A DNA stretch of 64,000 nt. Origin: Candidatus Hydrogenedentota bacterium. GTDB taxonomy: Bacteria > Hydrogenedentota > Hydrogenedentia > Hydrogenedentales > SLHB01. Made by a program: the position numbers and the translations under genes. The notes beneath the pieces were generated by a model. It searched no databases. It worked only from the letters and a program-made list of their open reading frames with translations, and was not told where the DNA came from. The stretch lies in NCBI GenBank assembly GCA_963745075.1, contig CAVUWV010000014.1:256001-320000 (forward strand), given 5' to 3'. Numbering within the stretch: position 1 is the stretch's first letter; every line of letters starts with the position of its first letter. This document shows positions 48,821 to 58,829 of the stretch, piece by piece.

Positions 48821-51800
48821 ATGTCTGAGCCTCTTTCTGACCCTTTCGAGCACGAGAAACAGTTCAGCCTGCCCATTCGGCGGCCGGTCACCATGGCCAT
48901 GGTGTTTCTCACCATCGTGGTGTTCGGGTGGAAGTCCTACCAAGAACTTCCCATCAATCTCATGCCGGATATCTCCTATCCCACCCTCACCGTGCGCACC
49001 GAATACGAAGGCGCCGCGCCGGAAGACGTGGAAAAACTCGTTACGCGCCCGCTGGAAGAACAGCTCAGTATCGTCAGTGGCCTCGTAGAACTCAGCAGCA
49101 CCTCTTCCGCGGGCCTGTCCGAAATCGTCATGGAGTTTACCTGGGGCACGGACATGAACGTGGCCCAACAGGACGTGCGCGACCGGCTCGACCTCTTCGA
49201 TCCCCCCAAGGAAGTCACGGAGAAACCCGTGATCCTTCGCTACGACCCGACCTTGGACCCCGTCATGCGCGTCGCCATCACCGGCGCGGACGTCTCCGAT
49301 ATCGCGGATCCCGCCGTGCGGAAGGAACGCAACCAGAATCAGTTGACCGCCATCCGCGAAGCCGCCGAGCGCTACGTGAAGAGCGACCTCGAAGCCGAAA
49401 TCGGCATCGCTCAGGTCCTGGTAAAGGGTGGCCGGGAACAGGAAGTGGAAGTCCTCGTCGACGCCGCGGCAGTCAAGAACAAAGGGCTGTCGGTCGAAGG
49501 AATCGTGCAAGCCCTGGCGCAACAGAATATCAACCTGTCCGGCGGTATCCTGCGTGACGGCAAAACCGAATATCTTGTGCGCACCTGGAATGAGTGGAAG
49601 AGTGTCCGGGAGATCCCGGATTCCGTCATCGGCAGCGTCGACGGCCGGCCCATTCGCTTGTCCGACGTGGCCATGGTGCGCATGGGGGAAAAAGACCGGG
49701 AGTCCATCGTCCGCATTAACGGGAACGAGGCCGTCGAACTCGACATCTTCAAGTGGGGTGACGCCAACACCGTCCGAACGTGCAACACGGTCAAGGATCT
49801 CCTGGGATTCGAACGGGATAAGAGCACGCTCGAAAAGCTGCGCGACTACATGAACGAGGCCTCCAAGCCGCCCACTGACGCGAACGTGCCCACCATTATC
49901 GTCATGCAACAGCTCCAGCAGGAGATGCAGAAGTCGCGCACCTTGCGGGATAAGCTGCCGGAATACTCGCATTTCTACATCGTCAGCGATCAGTCACGCT
50001 TCATCTCGTCCGCGATTAAAGAGGTCCAGTCGGCCGCGATTAACGGGGGTATCCTCGCGATCATCGTGCTGTATTTCTTCCTGAGGAAACTGAAACCGAC
50101 GTTTATCATGGGCGTCGCCATCCCCATTTCCATCGTGGCAACCTTTATCCCCATGTTCATGCAGGATATTACGCTCAACATCATGTCCCTTGGCGGGTTG
50201 GCCATGGGTGTCGGGATGCTGGTCGACAACTCGATCGTCGTCATGGAAAGCATATCGCGATGTGCCGAAGAGGGCGACGATACGTCGAACTCTGCGAACC
50301 GCGGGCGCCAGGAGGTTTTTGGCGCGCTGATTGCCTCGACTCTGACGTCCATCGCGGTGTTCTTGCCGCTCGCATTCGTCCAGGGGGTCGCGGGGCAGCT
50401 CTTCAAGGACCACGCGCTGACGGTCACGTATTCGTTGCTCGCGTCGCTGCTCGTCGCACTTTACCTGGTGCCGATGGTCGCCTCGCGAAACAAACTCTCG
50501 CTCATCGCATCCGGCGACGTGGTGTGGCTCCTGAAAGCCTACCACCAGTCCCGGGTGGACGAGGGGAAAGGACGGCTGGAATCCGCGTTAATGATTCCGC
50601 TGAACGCGGCACTGGCCTCGGCTCAGTGGCTCATCGATCAGGCAACACTGAACTACGCTCCCGCACTGGCCCGGTTCCAGAAGGCCTTTGCGGGCGGCGA
50701 GGGCACGTCTCTTATTCGCCCCATCCATCTGGTGTGGAACCTGCTTACCGGGGCCGTTCTCATCTTCCTGGTCACGCTGCTCTTCAGTATTCAGTGTGCG
50801 CTCCAGGTGCTGTTGCAAACGATCGTGACGATCTTCTTCCTGATTAGTGTCGTATTTGGCGGGGCGTTCAGCTTGGTCGCGGGAATCCTGCACGTCGTGC
50901 TCTGGATTCCACTGTGGTTGTTTGACACCGGGTTTGAAGCGTTCCGCAAGAGTTATACGATATGGCTGCGCTATGCGTTGCGTTGGAGTCCGGCCGTTCT
51001 GGTCCTGGTGGTTCTGCTGGCGTTGCACAGCGCATCCCTGGTGCCGAGCTTGGGCCGCGAATTGATTCCCCATATGAACCAGGGCGAGTTTGGCATCCGG
51101 CTGGAGGAGCCCCCGGGCACCCGGTTGGAAGAAACCGAACGCCGCGCGCGTGAAGTCGAACGCATCGCCATGGCCGTGCCCGAGATTGATAATGTGGCCG
51201 TCGAAATCGGACAGGAGTCGCAGAAATCCACCGAGGAACGGGGCGAGAACGTAGCCGAGTTTTCCATCACCCTGAAAGATCCCAAGAAGAACGTCGTCAA
51301 ACAGGACGAGATCATGAACAACTTGCGCGTTGCCATTCAGCGCGCAACCAGCGGCGACGTGACGTTCTCTCTCCCGAGTCTTTTCAGCTTTAAGACCGCC
51401 ATTGAACTCCAGATTCGCGGAGACCAATACGACGAACTCGAACGCATTGGAAAACGCGTGGTTGCGGCCATCGGCTCCGTGCCCGGCGTCAAAGACCCCG
51501 AGTTGAACATGAAAGAAGGCTCTCCGGAAGTCATCGTGGCGCTGGACCGCGATCTCCTCGCGGCGAAGGGCATTGCTCCGGAAACGGTCGCGCAGCGCTT
51601 GCGCACCGAGGTTCAGGGTGAGAAACCCACCGAACTGAACCGGCAAGGCGAAAAGATCGACATCCGGGTGCGGACCGATCGCTCGATGCTTGCCAGCGTC
51701 GACGATCTGAAACGCTTGTCCGTCGTGGATGGCTATCCGCCGATTCCGTTGGAGTCCGTGGCCCGCATTTCCGTGCAGGAAGGGCCAAATGAGATCAAGC

Positions 51801-52459
51801 GGATCGACCAGCGGCAGGTCGCGCTGGTGACGGCCAACGTGTCCGGCCGCGATCTCGGTGCGGTTATGGACGACGTGTTGGCGGCGGTGAATGACGTGGA
51901 CGTGCCCCGTGGTTACGAGATCAGCCCCAGCGGTCAGGACCGCGAATTGCGTACCGCCTATTCGAGCCTGCAATTCGCTCTGATCCTTGCGGTGTTTCTG
52001 GTCTACGTCGTGATGGCGTGTCAGTTCGAATCGATTCTCCATCCGGCCCTCGTGATGACGACCGTGCCGCTCGCGACCATCGGGGTGATTTATACGTTGT
52101 CCGCCATGTCGGTCAGCATCAGCATCCTGGTCTATATCGGCGTCATCGTTCTCGCCGGAATTGTGGTCAATAACGCCATCGTTCTCGTCGATTACATCAA
52201 TCAACTGATCGAACGCGGCATGCTGCGCGGCGACGCGGTCGTCGAGGCGGGCCGCGTGCGGCTGCGCCCAATTCTGATGACGACCTTGACGACCATTCTC
52301 GGCCTGTGGCCCATGGCCGTGGCTACCGGCGAAGGTGATGAAATCCGGCGTCCCATGGCGGTGACGATTATGGCCGGCTTGGCCTCGTCAACTTTGTTGA
52401 CCCTCGTCGTCATTCCCATGGTCTACTACCTCTTCGGCGGACGGGGCAAAAAAGCGTGA
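48821..52459 (+). CDS. RND efflux permease subunit 1 (AcrB/AcrD/AcrF family)
   Basis: RRPV, P...E..VT.PLEE, GMLVDNSIVV.E, GIVVNNAIVLVD, RLRPILMTT. Confidence 0.95.
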   Translation: MSEPLSDPFEHEKQFSLPIRRPVTMAMVFLTIVVFGWKSYQELPINLMPDISYPTLTVRTEYEGAAPEDVEKLVTRPLEEQLSIVSGLVELSSTSSAGLSEIVMEFTWGTDMNVAQQDVRDRLDLFDPPKEVTEKPVILRYDPTLDPVMRVAITGADVSDIADPAVRKERNQNQLTAIREAAERYVKSDLEAEIGIAQVLVKGGREQEVEVLVDAAAVKNKGLSVEGIVQALAQQNINLSGGILRDGKTEYLVRTWNEWKSVREIPDSVIGSVDGRPIRLSDVAMVRMGEKDRESIVRINGNEAVELDIFKWGDANTVRTCNTVKDLLGFERDKSTLEKLRDYMNEASKPPTDANVPTIIVMQQLQQEMQKSRTLRDKLPEYSHFYIVSDQSRFISSAIKEVQSAAINGGILAIIVLYFFLRKLKPTFIMGVAIPISIVATFIPMFMQDITLNIMSLGGLAMGVGMLVDNSIVVMESISRCAEEGDDTSNSANRGRQEVFGALIASTLTSIAVFLPLAFVQGVAGQLFKDHALTVTYSLLASLLVALYLVPMVASRNKLSLIASGDVVWLLKAYHQSRVDEGKGRLESALMIPLNAALASAQWLIDQATLNYAPALARFQKAFAGGEGTSLIRPIHLVWNLLTGAVLIFLVTLLFSIQCALQVLLQTIVTIFFLISVVFGGAFSLVAGILHVVLWIPLWLFDTGFEAFRKSYTIWLRYALRWSPAVLVLVVLLALHSASLVPSLGRELIPHMNQGEFGIRLEEPPGTRLEETERRAREVERIAMAVPEIDNVAVEIGQESQKSTEERGENVAEFSITLKDPKKNVVKQDEIMNNLRVAIQRATSGDVTFSLPSLFSFKTAIELQIRGDQYDELERIGKRVVAAIGSVPGVKDPELNMKEGSPEVIVALDRDLLAAKGIAPETVAQRLRTEVQGEKPTELNRQGEKIDIRVRTDRSMLASVDDLKRLSVVDGYPPIPLESVARISVQEGPNEIKRIDQRQVALVTANVSGRDLGAVMDDVLAAVNDVDVPRGYEISPSGQDRELRTAYSSLQFALILAVFLVYVVMACQFESILHPALVMTTVPLATIGVIYTLSAMSVSISILVYIGVIVLAGIVVNNAIVLVDYINQLIERGMLRGDAVVEAGRVRLRPILMTTLTTILGLWPMAVATGEGDEIRRPMAVTIMAGLASSTLLTLVVIPMVYYLFGGRGKKA

Positions 52460-55400
52460 AGCGGTCCCTTCCAGGCATAGCGCTCAGCCGCCCGATCACC
52501 GTAATCATGCTCGTGCTGACGGTGATCGGTTTGGGTATCATTGCACGCTATCGAATTCCCCTCGAGTTCTTGCCGCCCATCGATCTCCCCTTCATCTTCT
52601 GCCAGATTCCCTATGTCGGCGCGACGCCCTCTCAGGTGGAGAAGGAAGTCGCCATTCCCGCCGAAGGCGAGTTCCGCACGCTATCGAACTTGAAACGAAT
52701 CCAAACCACGTCCGACATGAACGGATGCGTCGTCCGCATCTTCTTCGATATGGGTACCGACATGTCCCTGGCTACGGCCGAGGTTCGAGATCGGATCGAG
52801 CGGCTAAAGCTGGACTTGCCGGATGAGATCGAGCGCATCGCGATACGTAAGTTCAGCTCCAATTCCATGCCGATTATGGCATTCGCCTTATACGGTCCCG
52901 GCGATGACGAGGAACTCACCTACCTGGTGCGAACCGTGCTGCAACCTCGCATGATGCGCCTCGAAGGGGTCGCGGACGTCAGCGTATTCGGCAAACCGGA
53001 ACGCGAAGTGCTGATTGAGTTCAATCAGTCCGAGTTGCGCAGCCGTGGCTTGAGCCTCTTTCAGGTCGTGTCCGCGCTGCGGCAAACCAGTATCAACATG
53101 ACCGTCGGCGACATGGTAGACGGAAATACGCGCTATTACGTCCGGGCCCTCGACGAATTCACCACTCCGGAAGATCTCGGGCAACTCGTGGTCGGTCCAA
53201 ACGCGTTGCGCTTGCGCGACGTCGCCGACGTAGGTTACCGCACCCGCGACGTGACCTCCGGATACGCCATCGATGGGCAATCCGGCACGTTCTTGTTGGT
53301 CCGCAAGGAGTCGGAAGCCAATACGATCGCCACGTGTAAAGCGGTTCAGGACGAACTCGGACGCATGGAGACCGATCCCCAATTCAAGGGGGTCCAGTAC
53401 TTCATGTTCTTCGATCAGAGCGATATGATTCTCTCCGCCCTCAATGGGCTGGTCGCCGCGGGCAAGTACGGCGGCACACTGGCGGTCATTGTCCTCTTTC
53501 TCTTTCTGGGGCGGATTCGGCCCACGCTCATCGTCGCGCTGGCCATTCCCGCGTCGATCGTGGTGGCGCTGGTATTCATGTTCTTCATCGGCATGACGCT
53601 CAACGTCGTGACGATGATCTCGCTGATTATCGGCCTCGGCATGCTGGTGGATAATTCGATCGTCGTCATCGAAAACATTACACGTCACATCCAATTGGGA
53701 TGCTCCGCCAAGGAAGGCGCGCTTCGCGGCGCTGCGGAAATGGCCATGGCAATATCCGCATCCACCTTGACGACCTGCGTGGTATTCATCCCCATCGTCT
53801 ACCTTGGCGCGGGGGAGATGTCAACGTACATGCGCGCTTTCGCGATACCCATCACGGTTTCCCTGGTGGCTAGCCTCGTTATCGCGTTGACGGTCATTCC
53901 CTTGGCGGCGAGCCGTATGAAGCCGCGGCATGAACTGGCATTGCTGCGAGTATTCAGCCGGCCCGCGATGGCGCAGACCCCCGGCTCGTCCGCGTCGCTC
54001 CCCGGCAAACGCCGGTTTCGTTTTCCCCGGTTCATGCACCCCATCCACTATTTGATTGATTCCTACATCCGATGCCTGGACTGGGTCTTGCGCTGGCGAC
54101 TCGCCACCGCCGTCGTGATCCTTGCGGTTATTGCCGTGACGTTTGCAATCCCCTTCATGCACCTCAAACGGCAGGGGATGCCCACCGTCGATACGCGGCG
54201 AATTTCCATTGAGGTGCAACTCGATCAAGGCTTTACGCTTCAGGAAGCGCGCAATACCTTCGATGAAATCGAGGGGGTTATCGACGAACAACGCGACGAA
54301 CTCGGCATCAAGAACGTCTTTGTCCGCTACGACACAACAGGCGGCAGTGTGGACGTCTACCTCTACACCGACGAAGACCTGGAAGAGAGCGGGGGTACGC
54401 TTCCGTACACCACCGACCAGGTGATGGACATTCTCTGGCAGCGGATGCCGGCTCGGGTGCCGGGCGGTGAACTCCGCTTCTCCATCGCCGAGGCGAGTGA
54501 AACGTCCTCACGCTCATTCGCGCTGCAAGTGCGCGGCGACGACGCCCAAACGTTATCGAAATACGCCGAGCGCTTGAAAGTCCTGATGAAGGAGAACATC
54601 CCCGAGATTCAGGAGATCACGACGGATTCGGACCGCGCCAAGCAGGAAGTGCAGATCGACGTCAATGAAACCTTGGCGGAGTTCTACGGGCTCACGCCCC
54701 TCGCTATCGCTCAGACCGTTGATTTTGCCCTGCGAGGGATTCAGATCACCAAGTTGAAGCAGGGGGGACGGGAGATTCCGGTTTGGGCCCAATTCCAGGA
54801 AGAAGATCGCAAATCACGGAGCAACCTCGAAAACGTGACCGTGTACGGATCCAAGGGGCAACCGGTGCCCATCGAACGGGTCGTCGAATTCTCGAAAGAC
54901 AAAAGCCCCCAGGCGATCGTCCGCGTCAACGGCAAAAACGTTGTCTCGCTTACCGCGAAAATCCGCGGAGAAGACTTGGGCGGCGTGTTGGACAAGCTCA
55001 AGACGCTCCTGAACGACTTCGACCTTCCGCGAGGGTATACCGTCGAGTTTGGAGACGAATTGCTCGCGCTCGACGAAAACATGTCGAACTTCAGCACCGC
55101 GTTCTTTCTCGCACTGGTCCTGATCTATATCGTCATGGGCGCCGTCTTCGAATCCTACTTGTTGCCTTGGTCTATTCTGACCACGATCCCGTTGGCCGGC
55201 ATCGGCGTAGTCTGGTCTCTCTACATTTTCGATTCGCCTGTCGATACCGTGACCATGATTGGGATCATCCTGCTTCTGGGAATCATCGTAAACAACGGGA
55301 TCGTGTTGATCGACTACATCAACCAGATGCGCAAGTCCGGCATGGACCGTCACGACGCCATCATCGGCTCCGGACGCGACCGGTTCCGGCCCGTCATGAT

Positions 55401-55626
55401 GACGGCGTTGACGACAATTCTGGGGTGCGTTCCTCTCGCCCTGGGCGGCGCCATCGGCGGCGAAGTTTCCTTCGGCGGTCTCGGGCGCGCCCTCATCGGC
55501 GGCCTTACCACGGGCACGATCCTGACCCTCTTCATCGTACCCGTCACCTACACCATCTTCGACGATATCCGCATCTGGTTCCTCGAGTTCTTTTCAAACG
55601 TCGCCTCTATCTTCCAGCGCGCGTAG
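52456..55626 (+). CDS. RND efflux permease subunit 2 (AcrB/AcrD/AcrF family)
   Basis: GMLVDNSIVVIEN, GIIVNNGIVLID, RFRPVMMT; GTGA overlap with subunit 1. Confidence 0.95.
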   Translation: MKRSLPGIALSRPITVIMLVLTVIGLGIIARYRIPLEFLPPIDLPFIFCQIPYVGATPSQVEKEVAIPAEGEFRTLSNLKRIQTTSDMNGCVVRIFFDMGTDMSLATAEVRDRIERLKLDLPDEIERIAIRKFSSNSMPIMAFALYGPGDDEELTYLVRTVLQPRMMRLEGVADVSVFGKPEREVLIEFNQSELRSRGLSLFQVVSALRQTSINMTVGDMVDGNTRYYVRALDEFTTPEDLGQLVVGPNALRLRDVADVGYRTRDVTSGYAIDGQSGTFLLVRKESEANTIATCKAVQDELGRMETDPQFKGVQYFMFFDQSDMILSALNGLVAAGKYGGTLAVIVLFLFLGRIRPTLIVALAIPASIVVALVFMFFIGMTLNVVTMISLIIGLGMLVDNSIVVIENITRHIQLGCSAKEGALRGAAEMAMAISASTLTTCVVFIPIVYLGAGEMSTYMRAFAIPITVSLVASLVIALTVIPLAASRMKPRHELALLRVFSRPAMAQTPGSSASLPGKRRFRFPRFMHPIHYLIDSYIRCLDWVLRWRLATAVVILAVIAVTFAIPFMHLKRQGMPTVDTRRISIEVQLDQGFTLQEARNTFDEIEGVIDEQRDELGIKNVFVRYDTTGGSVDVYLYTDEDLEESGGTLPYTTDQVMDILWQRMPARVPGGELRFSIAEASETSSRSFALQVRGDDAQTLSKYAERLKVLMKENIPEIQEITTDSDRAKQEVQIDVNETLAEFYGLTPLAIAQTVDFALRGIQITKLKQGGREIPVWAQFQEEDRKSRSNLENVTVYGSKGQPVPIERVVEFSKDKSPQAIVRVNGKNVVSLTAKIRGEDLGGVLDKLKTLLNDFDLPRGYTVEFGDELLALDENMSNFSTAFFLALVLIYIVMGAVFESYLLPWSILTTIPLAGIGVVWSLYIFDSPVDTVTMIGIILLLGIIVNNGIVLIDYINQMRKSGMDRHDAIIGSGRDRFRPVMMTALTTILGCVPLALGGAIGGEVSFGGLGRALIGGLTTGTILTLFIVPVTYTIFDDIRIWFLEFFSNVASIFQRA

Positions 55627-55649
55627 GCTGAAACATAAACAGGCTGACG

Positions 55650-56936
55650 TTACTTGCGCAACGCCTGCAGCTCGTACTCCGGCAGCTTCTTCTCCGCAAA
55701 AATTGGTTTGAATCGGGTGAAGCGCTGGCGCCCATTGACGACCGGCACGCTTGCCCAGTCTTCTCCGATCAGCGGTTTTGCGTAGCGCACGAAATCGTCC
55801 GTGACGTCGATCTTGTTCGAGGCGAGCCATTCCTTCGGGAACGTGCGCTCCGAGTTGGCGACCTTCTCCAGCGGCACCTGGTCGTACCGCACGTTGTAGA
55901 TGGGACCCGGCTCGCGCAGAATCGTCGCCATCCAGCCGTTCTCGCCTTCGTGCGCGATCAGGGCGGCTTTCTGACCCACCTTGTAGGCTTCGTCGAGGTC
56001 GGGAATGGACGCGTACAAACAGGTGTCACGCTGATCCGTGCCGGAAACCTGGCCCCGGGCCGCGCCGGGCACGGGCAAGCCCCGTTCGTTTAACATCGTC
56101 ACAACTTGCTGAGCGACGGTCGTCTTAGACGCGCTGAACTGGGTATGGCCGAAGCTGTCTTTGGTCGCGCCGATATCGCCGACTTCAAACCCTTCGCTGA
56201 CCACGATGATGCAGCGGCCGTCCCGCTTGAGTCGATCGTTGACGTTGTCGCACATCTCCTCGGCGGTGACCGCGGACTCGGTCAGGTAGATCTGCAAGGG
56301 GATTTCCCGTTTCGGATCCGCGAGTCGTGCCGCGGCGGGGATGTAGCCGATTTTGCGCCCCATGGCTTGCAGCACCAGTACGGGGTCGGCGGGGGACGAA
56401 CCGGCATTTTCCTCATTCGCGTTCTGGACGATGCCCATCCAGTACCGCGCGACCGACCCGTACCCCGGCGTGTGGTCGATAAGTTTGAACTCCGAATCGC
56501 CCACGTCGTTGTCGATAGTTTTCGGGACCCCGACAGCCACCAAATCAAGTCCTCGTTCGTGCGCGAGCACACTGATCTTGTGGGCCGTGTCCATCGAATC
56601 GTTGCCGCCGTTGTAGAAGAAGTAACCGATGTCATGGGCCTTCATGACCTCAATGACACGCTCGAAATCTTCATTCTGGTTCTTCTTCAACTTGTACCGG
56701 CACGTGCCGATGGAACCCGCCGCGGGGGTGTAGCGGAGCAGCGCGACTTCCTCTTCGTCCTGGGCGGAGAGGTTCAACAGTTCCTCTTTCAACACGCCCT
56801 CGATGCCGTGCCATCCCGCGTAGATGGTCCCGAAGGTGTCCGGAAACATTTTGCAGGCGTCAATGACGCCGCGAAGCGAGCTATTGATAACCGGGCTTGG
56901 ACCGCCCGATTGTGCCACGATAACGTTCTTTGGCAT
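55650..56936 (-). CDS. pfp: PfkA-family, probably PPi-dependent phosphofructokinase-like kinase
   Basis: QSGGPSPVIN, GGNDS (Asp indicates PPi use), PKTIDND, MGR, VSEG. Confidence 0.85.
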   Translation of the reverse strand: MPKNVIVAQSGGPSPVINSSLRGVIDACKMFPDTFGTIYAGWHGIEGVLKEELLNLSAQDEEEVALLRYTPAAGSIGTCRYKLKKNQNEDFERVIEVMKAHDIGYFFYNGGNDSMDTAHKISVLAHERGLDLVAVGVPKTIDNDVGDSEFKLIDHTPGYGSVARYWMGIVQNANEENAGSSPADPVLVLQAMGRKIGYIPAAARLADPKREIPLQIYLTESAVTAEEMCDNVNDRLKRDGRCIIVVSEGFEVGDIGATKDSFGHTQFSASKTTVAQQVVTMLNERGLPVPGAARGQVSGTDQRDTCLYASIPDLDEAYKVGQKAALIAHEGENGWMATILREPGPIYNVRYDQVPLEKVANSERTFPKEWLASNKIDVTDDFVRYAKPLIGEDWASVPVVNGRQRFTRFKPIFAEKKLPEYELQALRK

Positions 56937-56991
56937 CCCCCTGTTACTCCTTTCTAACGATAAAATGAATGGCGTCGCAAATACGCCCCCT

Positions 56992-57071
56992 GTCATCCTG
57001 AGCGCCAGCGAAGGATCTCATTACGCCTGCGCTTCTCTATCTGGAGATCCTTCGCTGGCGCTCAGGATGAC
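56992..57071. repeat. 28-bp perfect inverted repeat (same family as 19918-20002)
   Basis: GTCATCCTGAGCGCCAGCGAAGGATCTC-N24-GAGATCCTTCGCTGGCGCTCAGGATGAC. Confidence 0.9.
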
Positions 57072-57117
57072 GGAGCTGTGTCTCCTGGCAGAACGGGCGC
57101 CAGGCCCCGTTGATCCT

Positions 57118-58404
57118 CTAACCGCCAACCACGGCAGGCCGTCGCGGTTCTGGATTGCCCTGCCTTAATCGATACAATACCTCGCCGGCCCGTTCGACGC
57201 GAAGCAGCCCTTCGTCTTTACGGTTTCGCCAGTCCTCCGGATCGATCGAAGCGGGGTCGCGATAGCCGAGGTTGATGGCTTTACACTCGTCCTCGGGTAT
57301 CGATGTGGCCAGCGTCACCTGCACGCGGCACTTCTCCACGCCGTCCTCATAGGTGCCAATCCCGCGCACATGCGTCGAGTGGGCGAGAATGCCGCCGGGG
57401 ATGTCCCGGAAACGATCCATCTGGGCGAGGAAATAGTCGCGCGTGTGATACCCGATCTTCTTGATGAGTTCACCGTGGGTCACGCTTACTTCTTTAATAT
57501 GCGGACCGTAGATGATCAGCTCGCCGCCGTCGGCCACAACCGGCTCCAGTTTGTACATGCACTTGCCCGCAACCCAAATCTCGTCATACATCTCGGGCGC
57601 CATGGCCAGCACGCTCTTGAAGGGGCGGTCCATATAACGGATGTGCGTCTGCGCGGACAGGTCCGCCGCAGCATCCCAGGCCTCTTCCGGCGTTCCGTAG
57701 AAGATACCCTTGCAGTCCTTGCCCATGACGTTCAGGCAGAAACAACGTTTCTCGATATGAATCATGGACGCGGCCGTGTCCACCACTTTGCGGACCGGCG
57801 TGTGTTTCGTCCCATTGATCATGGGATTCGTAATCAACGCGCCGAGCCAATGGAACACGTTTAAGATCTCAGCGCCCGCGATGCCGGGGAAGAAGTACTT
57901 GTTGCCCCCGCTGAATCCAACGACCTCGTGAGGGAATACCGGACCTACAACGCAGATCAGATCGTAGTCGAAGATGCGTCTGTTGATCGTGACGTCGACG
58001 CGCTCATGCAGCAAACCCTGCGAAATCTCGCCGAGCATGTCTTCGGTGAGGGTGCCGATTTTCATCAGGGCGTGGGTGTTCTTCCATTCGTGGTTGAAGA
58101 TGCCGACGTTGCGATACTTGCCCTCGCGTTCCTCACGGGAGATCCCCACGAGTTTCCGGATTGCCGTCTCAGGCATCGGGGGATGGGTGCCAAGCGCGAT
58201 CAGAAAATCCATCTTTGCCACGCGCAGGTGCAAGGTGTCGTGCAATGCACGGAACATCGCGGGCATGGGCATGCTGCGAGTCGCATCGGGTATGATGAAA
58301 AGCACGCGTTTTCCCTGGACGTGCTCCTTGGCAAAGGCCTCGCGCACATAGCGATCGAGCTGGTCGTCGGTCAGGTACCCCGAATCTTGAACGCGTTGAA
58401 TCAT
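57118..58404 (-). CDS. LarA-family (nickel-pincer) 2-hydroxyacid racemase/epimerase
   Basis: PDATRS, ALGTH, PHEVVGFSGGNK, FHW, GKCMYK. Confidence 0.88.
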   Translation of the reverse strand: MIQRVQDSGYLTDDQLDRYVREAFAKEHVQGKRVLFIIPDATRSMPMPAMFRALHDTLHLRVAKMDFLIALGTHPPMPETAIRKLVGISREEREGKYRNVGIFNHEWKNTHALMKIGTLTEDMLGEISQGLLHERVDVTINRRIFDYDLICVVGPVFPHEVVGFSGGNKYFFPGIAGAEILNVFHWLGALITNPMINGTKHTPVRKVVDTAASMIHIEKRCFCLNVMGKDCKGIFYGTPEEAWDAAADLSAQTHIRYMDRPFKSVLAMAPEMYDEIWVAGKCMYKLEPVVADGGELIIYGPHIKEVSVTHGELIKKIGYHTRDYFLAQMDRFRDIPGGILAHSTHVRGIGTYEDGVEKCRVQVTLATSIPEDECKAINLGYRDPASIDPEDWRNRKDEGLLRVERAGEVLYRLRQGNPEPRRPAVVGG

Positions 58405-58425
58405 CGTATGCCCGCTCTCTGTCGA

Positions 58426-58794
58426 TTATTCTGCATCGGGGTCCGGTTGATGAATGCTGAACAGAATTCCCTCCGGATCCTTGCAGGAAGCATTGTATCC
58501 CACACCGGGAACGGCTTTCTTGGGGGCGACAATTTCGCCGCCGCTTCGTTCGATCTTCGCACAAAACGCGTCGATGGAATCCACGAGAATTGTGCTCACG
58601 ACGTGCGGTGCGCCGTCGCCGCATTTCATGACGCCGCCGTCGATGCCAGGTTCGTCATCCGGCCCGGTGCTCAGAACCCAATAGTCCTCCGGTCCGCCGC
58701 AGGGATGCGCAATCCAGCCAAACACTTCCGAATAGAACCGGGCCATGCGCGCCGGATCTTCCGCGTGTATCGCGAAGTGGACTACTCGTGGCAT
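58426..58794 (-). CDS. VOC/glyoxalase-family protein
   Basis: VVHFAI.A.D..R...FY..VFGW, PGIDGG, KDPEG. Confidence 0.9.
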   Translation of the reverse strand: MPRVVHFAIHAEDPARMARFYSEVFGWIAHPCGGPEDYWVLSTGPDDEPGIDGGVMKCGDGAPHVVSTILVDSIDAFCAKIERSGGEIVAPKKAVPGVGYNASCKDPEGILFSIHQPDPDAE

Positions 58795-58829
58795 TTCAAT
58801 TCTCCGTGATGCGCTCGAACTCGCCGCGC

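Noticed and set aside
50588..52204. 538-aa minus-strand ORF
   Set aside because: Antisense to the RND permease.
57118..58404. Calling this gene larA (lactate racemase)
   Set aside because: Family membership is clear, but the context favours a sugar-acid substrate; symbol withheld.
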